From the NCBI GenBank assembly GCA_973895155.1, contig OZ316898.1, forward strand, positions 21,153,292-21,217,291: a stretch of DNA of 64,000 nt, in the 5' to 3' direction. The notes below the pieces were generated by a model. That model searched no databases. It was not told where the DNA came from and worked only from the letters and a program-made list of their open reading frames with translations. Shown here piece by piece: positions 48,887 to 60,215 of the stretch. Position 1 is the first letter of the stretch; the number at the start of each line of letters is the position of its first letter. This DNA comes from Marsupella aquatica (taxonomy: Eukaryota; Plantae; Marchantiophyta). The position numbers and the translations under genes were made by a program.

Positions 48887-51800
48887 TGTAATAGCTATCT
48901 AAATTAGAAACTTAGAAATAATGAAAAACTTTTAAAAATTTTGTAGTTAGAAATAGATTAAACATAGCCAATTAATCTACTTTTAGATATAAGTAAGGTT
49001 AAGACTTAAGTTAGTCGGATTAATGGATAATACCCTGAGTAATTAGGTAGGGGTGAGACGAGCCAGAAGAAACTACTATCGATGTTCTCGAAGCACGGAA
49101 GGAAGATTGGTGCTGCCGCGTTTGACTATGAGTTACACAAAGCGTATCGGCGTAAAGGCGCAACGGTGCTTTGGAGCAAAAGCGCAACGGCGTATCGGCG
49201 GAAAAGCATAACAGCGCAACGGAGCAAAGGCGCAACAGCGGATCACTTGGCATTGCTCTCTTCGGATCGATAGTTAGCGACAATGCCTTGTTTCTTGTTG
49301 CTATGGCAGACGAAGGAGGAGAGATGACTGCGAGAGGAGTTCCTCTACCTAAGGCCGTCCCTGTGACATACCCTACGATGAAAAGAAGCTTGCACGTTTT
49401 GAAGGAAGCACTGGCGGTCATGCACCTGAGTAAATTACTCACTCTGCCTTGGTCTGCAACTTCATTGAGTTTTCTGAAGGATTGCAGTGATGGGGCACGA
49501 ATCGAAGTCGGTATGGTGGGAAATGCTCGGGCGAATCCAGAATTCTGGACTCTGCAATTTGTTGCTGATGCTTTCAACTGTCCCGTCGAAGGCGACAGCT
49601 TACACTCACGACAAGGAGAGACTGCGAGGCCTTATTTTTCTGGAACTCGAAACGTCCGCCATGGATGGAAAATGGACCAGTGCACCGATTATACTCTCAA
49701 AATCATTTTAGAATTTTTGATTCCAATTCTCCATCCCATCCGGCCACATATGATACCTGTGTCACTTGCCAATACTATTGTGGCAAGTTGGAAGGGAGTT
49801 GCTCAGATAAATTGGGCCTTGTTGCTAAGACAGGTTATTTTATCTCAAGTAAAGAAGGTGAAAATGGACGAGTTCACTACTCTCCCTTCTTATCTTTGCC
49901 AGTTGTACTTTCATGGGAATTGCTTACTTCCAGGCGAACAAGAGGAGCGGATCAGACTGCTTGATGAATTTGATCTTAGTGAATCAGGAGACGAGGATAC
50001 TGAAGGAGAAGATGCTGATGAAGTCCAACCGGAGGTTCCACCACCTATCTGTTCAGAGGTTACCCCTCTTACCCATAGAGAACCACTTGTGGAACCCAGA
50101 AGAACCTCTTCACCAATTCCTGATAACCCACTATCCCCTTTCGAAGATCTCAATCGGGATAGAAGACTTTACACCCCCCTCAATTCCAATCTTGATGAGT
50201 ATACATCCGAGCCAGAACCAGTAGAAACGTCTCCACCTTCTGTACCTGTAGTTGACATATCTATCCCTAATACTCTTCGATCACCCACAGTTCCAACTCA
50301 GAATTTATCTATAGACAGCTTGACCCCTTCAATGAGATCCCGTAAGAGACCCTTCATGTTCAGCAAACCAACGGCTGATGAACTGAGAGTAGAATCTAAT
50401 CAGCAAATTATTGATAAGTTAAGCAACTTATTGATCTGTGAACCTGAGGAGATAGTTGACTCTGTTGAGAGGTTAAGAGCAGCCTCTGTAACTCTGCCTG
50501 AACCTAGTAGTCCCGACTCTCTATACTCTCCAACCCAAGGTCCGACTCAGTTCTATCCCGAAGTGATGGAGCTATTTCGACCCACCTCCAATATTAGGGT
50601 TACAAATATTGCTGAAGCTGAACCAATGGAGGAAAATGATGCATCACCCAGGTTAGAGCTCCAACAGACACTATCTGCTTCCCCAGGTCACTCTGCTGAA
50701 CACTATCCTACTCTTATTAATAAAATGACTGACATGCTGGAGTGTGATGAGAGACACTTAATTGATGTCTTGGATGATCTTTTGCATAAGACATCAGCTT
50801 TACTTACCCGAGATCATCATCGAGAATATTGTGAGGATTTAGTCCACAGGCTTACACAGATTTTCGGATGCAACCCGAAGCAAGTCTATTCTGCCGTCCG
50901 TTATCATACCTCAGCCTCTGGCTCTCCCATTTACTATTCTTCCCCTTCTTCCAGTCATTCACCCACCTCTCCTTACAGTCCTTCGAATCAACCAGACCAA
51001 CTCTATCCTAGTTTTCCAGAACCTGAGATCACCCCTACAGGTGAACATCTTGCCACTTCTTATCCTGACACCCTTCCACCAGGTCAAGATAAATCCTGTC
51101 AGGTTAATTTCATCCCTACACTGCATATTGACCCTAAGACCCCTCAGGAGAATATTACACAATTTGCTGAGTTTGTCAGAGTTTCAGACCTTAGAACTCC
51201 TCCCATTTTAGAGTTTTGGCAATACTATCATAAGAAGAGAGTTGAATGTCTCTATATCCTGAAGCTTCATTTGAAGGATGTCACCCGCCTAGAGATAGCA
51301 GAGATGGATGAGATCTGGACAGAGGCTAAATATTTTCGCCCTATTCTTGTTGTCCTAATCCTAGTTGGACACATTGTATTGGAGAATGGAGATCTGGCCT
51401 TGGCATACTTCGGGAACTTACCTGCCTATGTCTTGGAATTCATCATCAACTTTTTGAGACAAACCAACAAACGATATCAGGTCAACCATGGTGTCCTACC
51501 AGAGAAACCCTTTATTGTTCAACAATTTTCTCACCAGTTGCTGAGAGTGAGAGAATCTGGAACAACATTACTTCCCAGCGATTGGCTGATTACACCTTGA
51601 AGTGGCGGGAACTGTTACCTCGTGTCACCCCACTGCTATCACTTGCCAAGGACTCTGACACCTTCATCAACAAGTTTCCACGCAACTACCATACTACTTG
51701 TTGTAGTTATGATTTGGTTGGCATCTATATGCAAGCTAGCAAGGTGAACACTATGTTTCACAGAAGACTACTCCCCATTCTAAATGTTGAACGACAAGTC

Positions 51801-53397
51801 AGATCTCTTCCATTTGCTCGACATGATACACAGGCTATGGATTTCCTTCGAGAGGCGATTCAAACCGAGACATTCAGGAGTTTTCAACAACCGGACCAGA
51901 CAGCACTACTCCAACAAGATTAGTTCTCCTACGACAATAGTTAAGATCAGTCAATCTCTGCAATTTTAGTTAAATAGCTCAAGTAGTTAGAAAAGTCTCA
52001 TACTTTTTCAGGAGATAGCCCTTATGTAGTAGAATCTCCCCTGAAAGTATCGACTTAAACCGACATGTAGTTTAGAATATATGACATTTTTAGTTTTGTA
52101 AAAAGCGTGAGTGCGCAAAGGCGCAACGGCGCTACTATGTAAAAGCGCAAAGGCGCAACGGCGCCTCCAACACTTAGAAAAATTTCCGGAAAATGTATTT
52201 TGTTTATCCGACAGCACTTTTCACCGATTTTATTAAGGCACTTAGACACCTCAGAAAAGTCTAAAATTTTGCCAGCATGTAGCATGTATATAAATCTTCC
52301 ACCTAGTAAAGTTTCACCCCATTTTGACTTTTAAGTTAGAAATTAAAATTCCGATAAACTCACTATTTATCACAAAAGTGCAAAAAACACTTTTACTCCA
52401 GTTTACACTAGGGATAACTTTTGGTTAGTTTTTCATTCCAACAACATTCTAGTGAACCTTGAGTACTCTTATAGCATATTTTCATACTTTTTACTTTAGT
52501 TTATGACCCTTAAGATGTGAAAGGGCATGTCCTTTCATTATCTCTTTTCCCCTTTAGTTCCTGCCACCCTATATGTACTTGAATTTCTGCCACTTTTAGT
52601 GTGAAGAAATTTCATGAGCGCTCAGTTGCAAGATTACAACTTTGTTACCTCCATTTGTAGCAAGCACTCCATTGCATATGAGTACTTAATACAAAGGAAT
52701 TCTTCCCCCTTCAAGTCTAAATGAATGAGAAGTTTGGATCCTTGAAGTAAAATTATTGTGATTGTTAAATCTTTTGAGTATGTAAAAATAGATTCCTTGC
52801 TGGTGATGTTCTACATATTCCTTAGTTCTTGATGCATAGTTTTTGACGTGACATTGCTTGTGCACGGGATGCAAAGATTGTTACTTATCAATTACTTATG
52901 GCTTCAAATTTGATTATGATGGTGTCTCTTATTTGTGACACAAAGTACCGATTGGATACAGAAGTGATTGATTACTAGTCTCCACTTAGTACCTTGGAAG
53001 GAAAAGTTGAGACATGTTGACGGCATTTTAGTAATCATCCTAGTACCGTAATCCTTTCCAGAAATGTTCTTGCGGATATACCACTTAAATCATATCAAAT
53101 GAAGTTATGTTGAGGAGTCACCTTGGTTGTTTCCTAACTCCCTCACCATACCTCAAGGTTTTCATTGTGTTTTATTAATTGTTTCCATTTGTTAATTTTA
53201 TTTACAATATCAAGCAGACATTTAAAACTATGCCTTGCTGAGCAACCATAGTAAAAGGCTCAACTTTGTGTTTTTGTTACCTTATTCATTCATAAGTGCT
53301 AAATCATAGAAAATCATTCCTTACATGTTCTTCCATGGGAACGAATATCGAGTTTTGGATCTTAAATGTTTATTTATGTCCCTAGTGTGATAGTACA
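48887..53397 (+). mobile_element. Solo LTR of a second family (4511 bp) containing a long ORF
   Basis: TGTA...TACA, 5-bp TSD GCCAG (48882-48886 and 53398-53402), no long TIR, no gag or pol. Confidence 0.88.
49303..51923 (+). CDS. ORF-X-like protein of family 2 (765 aa open from ATG 49303 to 51600; probable frameshifted tail to 51923)
   Basis: HLSKLLTLPW...WTLQFVADAFNCPVEG...FSGTRNVRHGWKMDQCTDYTLKIILEFL...INWALLL resembles the ORF-X domain; followed by an acidic and Pro/Ser-rich region. Confidence 0.8.
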
Positions 53398-54189
53398 GCC
53401 AGTCCATAATCTTCTATCATGGGAGGATGACTTGCAGGTATGTGTGGGTACAGGCATTTTGCGACCGGATCATGCTAAATTCCATGGCAAAGTGGTCCCG
53501 GATGACCATGTAGTAGTGTTGTTGACTACAGTGATTGTATCTGATTGTAATTTGCCATTTCCAAATAGAGACGATGATCCACCTCAGGAAATAATTGCAG
53601 ATGCAGTAGGATCTCTTGTGCTTTGGCCATCAGAGTGTGTTAGTCTGCAGTGACTGAATACAAGTGTAGATAGAATCATGTGAATTGTGTTACATTTTGA
53701 CATTGCCTTGGAAAGATCCAAGAAATATCTGTACCAATTTTTCCATTTGGTAAAGAGGATGAAGGAGCCGTTGTGTGTGACATTGATATTTCTGAATTCT
53801 GTATGTATGAAACAAGTGATTGATGTCAAACTATGGCTCTATGGTGATTGTCTATGATACTTGAATCTGTTTTGTATCATTTTAGTATTAGTGTGTATGG
53901 TATAGACAAATGCTTTGTGACCTTCTTTGTAGTCTATGATGTTTGAATCTGTGAATTCATATTAGTGTACATGGTATAGAAGATGGCTTTCTGAAAATTT
54001 GTGTGAGGTTCTAATGTTAACATGGTGAATGGTGACCTTATAGAGTGAGTTCATTCCAAGTACACAATAAAACATGAATGGAATGTGTTATTTGTGCACA
54101 AGAGTGAGTTCATTCCAAGTAGTATAGTGGGGTCTTCATCACTCATTTCCACTTGACATGAAAGACTTGTACATACCCCACAAAGTGTC

Positions 54190-54519
54190 TACTTTAGTCG
54201 TTTTATAAACCCACAAAGTATACTTAAAGACTACCCTCCATAACCTTTTGAGTCATTCCCAACAACTCACCATCGCAGCCCATAAAAGATTGAAAAAGAC
54301 TCACCAAACCTACCCACACAAAGACTACAATAGACTGAAAATCCAGTCTATAAAACGACTTATAAACCAGTTCTATAAAGGACTCAGTTGATCATAGTAA
54401 CAAAACATACGACTCATAGTCCTATAAAGGACTGGAGTCCTTCCCAGTCGTTTCCAAGTCCTATACGGTACTGAATAGTCGTTTAATGGGGTCTAAATAC
54501 CCCCCGGTTGCTACTAGTG
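54190..54519. repeat. CACTA subterminal repeats and right terminal inverted repeat
   Basis: Direct and inverted copies of TAAAACGACT/AGTCGTTT and ATAAAGGACT/AGTCCTATA, ending in TAGTG. Confidence 0.8.
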
Positions 54520-54983
54520 TTATCAAGGATAAACTGACTCGGACCTAGGGGGTGTTGGCCGATGCGGTTACGGAGAAAGAGAAGTGGAAGCAGGAGCTGA
54601 GGGACACAGAGGAGGCCCACATAGCAGCCAACAATAGGGCCATGGCGGAGACCCAAAGAAGGGAGAGGGCGTTGAAGGGGGAGCTTGAGGATATCCGCGG
54701 AGCCCTTGAGCAGAAGGAGGCCGAGTTAGGGAAATCCTATCAAGGGATTATTATGCTACAGTAGGAGCTTGCATCCCTGTCGGCCAGTTTCAAGGCCGAC
54801 CTCCATGAGAAAGACCACTAGCTCAACCAGACTTATGCCAAAATGAATAAAATGGAGTCTGAGGTCGTAATAGAGCTCGACAAGGAGCTAAGAGCAACCC
54901 AGGAGGAGAGGGCTACCTTAAAGAAGGAGTTGGAGGAAGCCTAGAAAGAGTTGGAAGAAGCCCAAAAGGAGCTGGAGGAGGCG
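54520..54983 (+). pseudogene. ORF-X coiled-coil fragment (element F), the target into which the CACTA inserted
   Basis: KEKWKQELRDTEEAHIAANNRAMAETQRRERALKGELE, with internal stops. Confidence 0.85.
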
Positions 54984-55873
54984 AAACCCTCCCTGCCCAC
55001 TATTCAGGGATATGCCTGGAGCAAAACCTACGGGAATCGGCTTGTGCAGGGCCAATTTTGCGGCTTAGCGGCATGGGACGCTGCTAACTCATTACTACTA
55101 ACCAATTAGCATTTTACACACATATACTAGACAGATCCTTCATCGGGTCATGAGATACGTAGCCGGTCTAATCTAGGCCTTCCCTGATCTTCCTCTCCTT
55201 GTCTGCTTTAGGTATGTTTGGATTCCGCCGCTAGAATGATCCCCATCTGGCTTGGGTAAGCCGCTAAGACCTCTCTCAGCTCGACACATCCAACTCTCAC
55301 TCCCTTGTTTACTTCCCTTCTTTGTATTAGTTGATGTGGGCACTCTTCACACAAGTTAATGCGACACACAAATCGCAAAATGACTCCTTCTGACTGAGTT
55401 ATACCATCCATACAAATAGTACATCTCATACACAAGCTCTGCGAACTAAGCCGTGAGGCCAACTCTATTCAGCTCTTAGGCATGAGGAAACATGAATATA
55501 CACAAGGGTCACTGTATAACTAACTAAGAGCTTCTCTTACTACTTGATCCCAGCCCTGCTGGTGCACTAAAAACTTGCTAAGGAAGAAGGCCCTGAACTC
55601 CCCGCCGCCCAGGTACTTATCCTGGCAGTGGATCCACCCAATTCCTTGCAGCGTAACCCTAATCTATCCTAACTGTAATCTACCTATGTACAGCGAGGCA
55701 GGAGCACAAGTGTCACTTTTACCAGTGGATCCATAATCCCACTAAGCTAAGTGTCAGGGCCACCTCCATGTTCTGATCCTAATTCTAAACTTGGAGATAT
55801 GAGCCCGCCCTGCCCACTCACGCCTCCTCCCTCCACGTCCGCCCTCCCTTAAAGGAGCGGCCCTCCACCACCA

Positions 55874-58800
55874 TCATGGTAGCGGTGGCTGATCCTCAAT
55901 GGATGCCCCCAACGCTCCCTCCGCAACCACTGTTGTAGGTCCGTCTTCTGACAGATTACCTACCCCGGACAGAGTCAACTCTCCATCGGCCTGACTGGGT
56001 CCACCCTCGGCCTCGGCCTCAACATCGGCCACGGCCTCCGATACGGCTTCGGCTTCCCCGGCCTGCTCTAATGGTGGATCCGGTACACCGGCTTCCTCAC
56101 TAAGCATTCCGGCTTTGGTCGTGCCATCCCCGGATTGTAGGCCAGTTGGATCCTCTGTCGTGACCCTGCCTGAGATTGGTGTCGGGTTTACCTCCCTGGT
56201 CATGATGGCTTGAGAAGCCGTGTTACTCCCTAACCCAGAAGGTTTTTGCTTCTTCTTCTTCCCTATCTCGGCAGCTAGTCCCTTCCCCTTGCCACTTACC
56301 TCTGGCACTGGTGCAAGTGTTGCGGCCTGTCCTTTGGCCAGTACTACTCCTGGCAACTTGGTTGCCCCACCTGGAGTTGGACTTGATGAAGCCAAACACT
56401 TAAATACTGCGGCTTGTTTCTTCAGCCACTCCGTTTGGTTGTCGGCTCGCCGTTGTAAGTTCTCCATCTTCCGCGTGCTTTCCTCCAACTCCTCCTATAC
56501 TTCGTCCAGGTCCTTGCGCGCCTCCTCCAGTTCCTTCTGGGCTTCTTCCAACTCTTTCTGGGCTTCTTCCAACTCCTTCTTTAAGGTAGCCCTCTCCTCC
56601 TGGGTTACTCTTAGCTCCTTGTCGAGCTCTGTTCCTTGAAAGAGATCATTTTATAAATTTTGATGTTCCCCCGCGAAAAACCCCACGGGAAGGGCGAACA
56701 AAGAAGGCCCAAAACGGCCAGACAACAGACCCCGCCACAGGGCAGTCCCCACTAGTGTTGGGGCAGACCAAGGGCACAGGATCAACAAGCACAAAACAGC
56801 ACAGGGAAAAAGAACCGCATCTACCCCCTACTCATCACATGGGCTACGAGTCACATCACAAACAACCAGCCAGTCACATCCCAGTGACGATGCAGCCGCT
56901 GCCAAAAGAGAGCCAACCCCTACGTCTCTCATCAATCCAGGTTTTGGCCCTAAGAAGTCTGGTGCATTTCCTACCCGGAAGAGAACGGCGACTAACCGCA
57001 TACAGATTCTCAGCCGCCTCAGTAAGAACCAGGCCCAAATCAAATGAGCGTCTGCCATGCAAATGGAACATATGTGTGTTCCGCCCCATCCAAAGTCGCC
57101 ACAGAATCTGATGCAAAACAAAAAGTCGAGCTCTGTTACGACCTTAGACTCCATTTTATTCATCTTGGCATAAGTCTGGTCGAGCTGGTCGTCTTTCTCA
57201 TGGAGGTCGGCCTTGAAACTGGCCGACAAGGATGCAAGCTCCTGCTGTAGCATAATGATCCCTTGATAGGATTTCCCTAACTCGGCCTCCTTGTGCTCAA
57301 GGGCTCCACGGATATCCTCAAGCTCCCCCTTCAAAGCCCTCTCCCTTCTCTGGGTCTCCGCCATGGCCCGATTGTTGGCTACTATGTGGGCCTCCTTTGC
57401 GTCCCTCAGCTCTTGCTTCCACTTCTCCCTTTACTTAACAGCGTCGGCTAACTCTCCTTGGGTCTGAGTCAGTTTATCTTTGATAATCTTATTATCAGAC
57501 TGAGCGTTATCCAATTGCCCCTGCATGATGTTTAGCTCATGCCGCTTAATCCGCAACTCATCTTGGGCTTTTCTGGCCGCCTTCAGGTCTTCCACCTCGG
57601 CTTCCTTCTCCCTAAGCCGCCGGATGACCTCGTCCTTCTTGCTTCTTTCCAAAGCCACCGCTTCTTCTAATCGGTGCTTTTCCAACATCTCCCTGTGGAA
57701 AAAGGGTCCCTGCTCCAACTCCTCCCCAAAGATGCTGAGCGCAAGTTCCCCACACATCTCTCCGTACTCCATGGCTCTATCGTTAGCATAGGTGGAGTAA
57801 GTAGAAGTCATCGGCATTAACCACCGTAGCCTCTGTTCACAAGCCGCCTTGCGGATCTCTTCAATCGTGGCTAGAGGGTTGCTTCTTTTTTTGGCAAGCG
57901 CCTGATGTCCTCTGGCCAATCTCCTCCTGGTAAATCTTTCTCCCTAGCCAAGGCTGCCTTCTCTTCCTCCCTGAGTCGCTCCTGAAACTCTTGTGCCGTC
58001 TACTTTATGCCGTCAAAGCTCGGGGGAGCGACATCTGGTGGGGGAGACTTGGGGCTACTCTGTTGGGTGGGTCCCCTCTAACGATTCTAGGAAGCATGGG
58101 GATAAACCGGCCACAGGTCCTTACTCCTGGAACATGATGGTCCGACCCGTAGCTAGAGTCGTCATGGTCGTAGTCTTCTACCGGCTCCTCTGCTGCTTGG
58201 ACTACCGGCTTCCCCCTCTGTTCTCCTGGTCTTGCCGTGAAAACGGCCTCACAGCTCACGGGCCCTGGTTCCTCCCCCGGCTTCTAGGCTGTCTTCTCCC
58301 TCTGTTTTCCACGGGCAGGAGCCTTAGGCTGGTCTGCCTCGGTTTTGGGGCTGGAGGCTCCCACATACATTCAAACTCCCGGCTCATGTTCTGGCCTCCC
58401 TCTCTCCTTGGCTCCGGTAAAGGGGTTTTCCCTCCTGAGTCGGCTTAGGCCGACTTCTGGGGCAGTGTCCTATACCGGTGGCGTTGCCGTTGCCGTCCTC
58501 TTCTCCTTCTCCAGCAATTTCAGCAGATTCTGCATGTCGGGTTGCTGCATCGGCAAGTTTTCTTTCCTTGGCCAAAACACTTGCTCGATCGTAGGACTGG
58601 CGGGCTGGTTGGGTTTCTCTGCTGCCGGCCTTTGTTCCGGAACTTCCTCTGGTGCCCTTGTCTATAGGGGAAGTATTGGGGCAAAGATCTGACTTCGGGC
58701 ATACCAGCACAACAGCGGCATGTGATAGCCAAGCCGGGACACGCTTCCCATGCCGATGACCTGCTGTTCCTCCTTCAAGATCTTCTTTAGTTGGGTGAGG

Positions 58801-60097
58801 AGGTACCCGTTGTAGTCCCGGCTTGGGTCTGGCCTCTCCACCAGGTAGACCTGTGCCTTGCCAATCTCTGCCCTTGGCAAGTTGCAATGCATGGTCACCC
58901 GCAAGAAATCAATCATCTCTCCAATGTGCGGGTTGGTGCAGGTGTTCCGGAAGAAGCCATTCTTTGTTGATGGCCCTGGGAATGATTGGAAATCCTTGTC
59001 AGGCAAGGTCTTCCTGGTATCCACTTTGGTCTTGTTGCCCATCGGCAAGCCAAACACTTCGGCAATCACTTGGGGAGTGAGATAGAAATCCTTCCCATAC
59101 ACCCTTGTGGAATTGTTCTCGGGCTCCCATGATCCCACAAATTCTAATAAGTCTGAATCCGGCACCTCCGGCTTCAGCCATGGTAATATCATAAAGGCTT
59201 CCAAGCCGGAGCCAGCCATGAAGCCCTGGTACTTCTTGGTTTGCATGGCCATAAAGCATACATCCTCCTCTTGCGCAAAATGTAGTTGCACTTCCTTGGG
59301 AAGGGTCGCCGCCCAACCTTTCCAGGTGTCATCTTTTGTTGGAATGGCATTGATGGGATCGACCTCCTCCTTGTTGGCTTCTCCCTGCCTCTTGCTCCCC
59401 TGCTCAACTGGCCTTCTTGGTGCCGCCGATCTTGTCCTTTTCGCCGGGGTGGCCTCTTCGTTGTTGTTTCCTTTCCTCTTCATCGCGGCTGCCGTGGATG
59501 TTTCTTCTAGCACGGTTGCCTTCGTCCACCCCTCCGTGCTACCCTTCAACTCCCAGTGCACGTTGTTGCAGCGGTTGATGGCTTCTCGGATGCCGATGAT
59601 TCTATTTTCGCAAAATAGAAGGTTGTCGAGCTGATTGGCAGTAGGAGTCCACAAGAACTCAGCCTTGATAAGTTCTCCTCATAAGAAGGCAGACTTCTGC
59701 AGCTCCCACAGTCAAGCAAGCTCCTGCCATTCTCGAGCTGCTCTCTCCGATTCTTCATCCTCGTAAGTCCCAAGGTACTCAGTTGCCCATTCGAACAGGC
59801 ATCCCCAGAAATGAGCACTTGATTTACGTTGCTGATACCCTTCTTGAGTTGATCGTCGGTATCTGCTCCCGCCTAGAGTGCTTGCCTAAGCAGCTGATAG
59901 TAGGTGGCCTCACGTAGTTGTCTGCCTAGTTTGTGCTTGCAAATGAGCCACCATTCCTCGCAAGCAGTCCTTACCCCTCTCTTCCTCTGATCTTCCCTTC
60001 CGTTGGTTACCTCTAGCCGCTGACACTTAGCGCGCCCTAACCCTAATCGTGTTCTCTCCCCCTGCGTCCTTACCTCCGGCCTCGGCCCGGGTTCCAT
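55874..60097 (-). pseudogene. ORF-X of element D (stops, frameshifts, LINE insertion)
   Basis: ORFs 59873-60109, 58662-59654, 57431-57919, 56828-57364 and 55874-56488 match ORF-X. Confidence 0.88.
56634..57124 (-). mobile_element. 5'-truncated LINE (491 bp)
   Basis: 13-bp TSD GTCGAGCTCTGTT (56621-56633 and 57125-57137); minus-strand ILWRLWMGRNTHMF fits the L1-type ORF2 C-terminal WxxWxxRNxxxF motif. Confidence 0.8.
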
Positions 60098-60215
60098 AGT
60101 CACCCTCAATTGTTTATATTTTCCTTGTTTTTTTGTTACTATACTAATGTGTTTCTAGGGTACATTCCAGTTTTCCCCATTTAACTGGCCTAGTGATTCC
60201 TGGCTAGGCATCACA

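Larger units (their letters stand above)
45986..53653 (+). pseudogene. CACTA second gene (TnpA-like, multi-exon); last exon split by the solo LTR
   Basis: Many short GT-AG-bounded exons; ILKQERHRLKRMW...PPPSLELDQWTRLIKGF...KSELMSNAQ...GRGSY; removing the insert rejoins ATAEPV/HNLLSWEDDLQVCVGTG...AVGSLVLWP in frame. Includes 18-bp GRGGTP repeats at 46736-46808. Confidence 0.75.
28206..54519 (+). mobile_element. CACTA (En/Spm) DNA transposon, left end lost, interrupted by element A and a solo LTR
   Basis: TnpD-like and TnpA-like exons; right terminus GGTTGCTACTAGTG (reverse complement CACTAGTAGCAACC) preceded by subterminal repeats. Confidence 0.87.
55060..60215 (-). mobile_element. Diverged family-1 LTR (element D), 3' tip scrambled, inserted antiparallel into the protease region of element E
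   Basis: Starts TGTGATGCCTAGCC at 60215; colinear with the element A LTR. Confidence 0.88.

Noticed and set aside
54190-54490. Spaced short repeats as a CRISPR-like array
   Set aside because: Irregular, in both orientations and adjacent to a CACTA terminus, so these are subterminal repeats.
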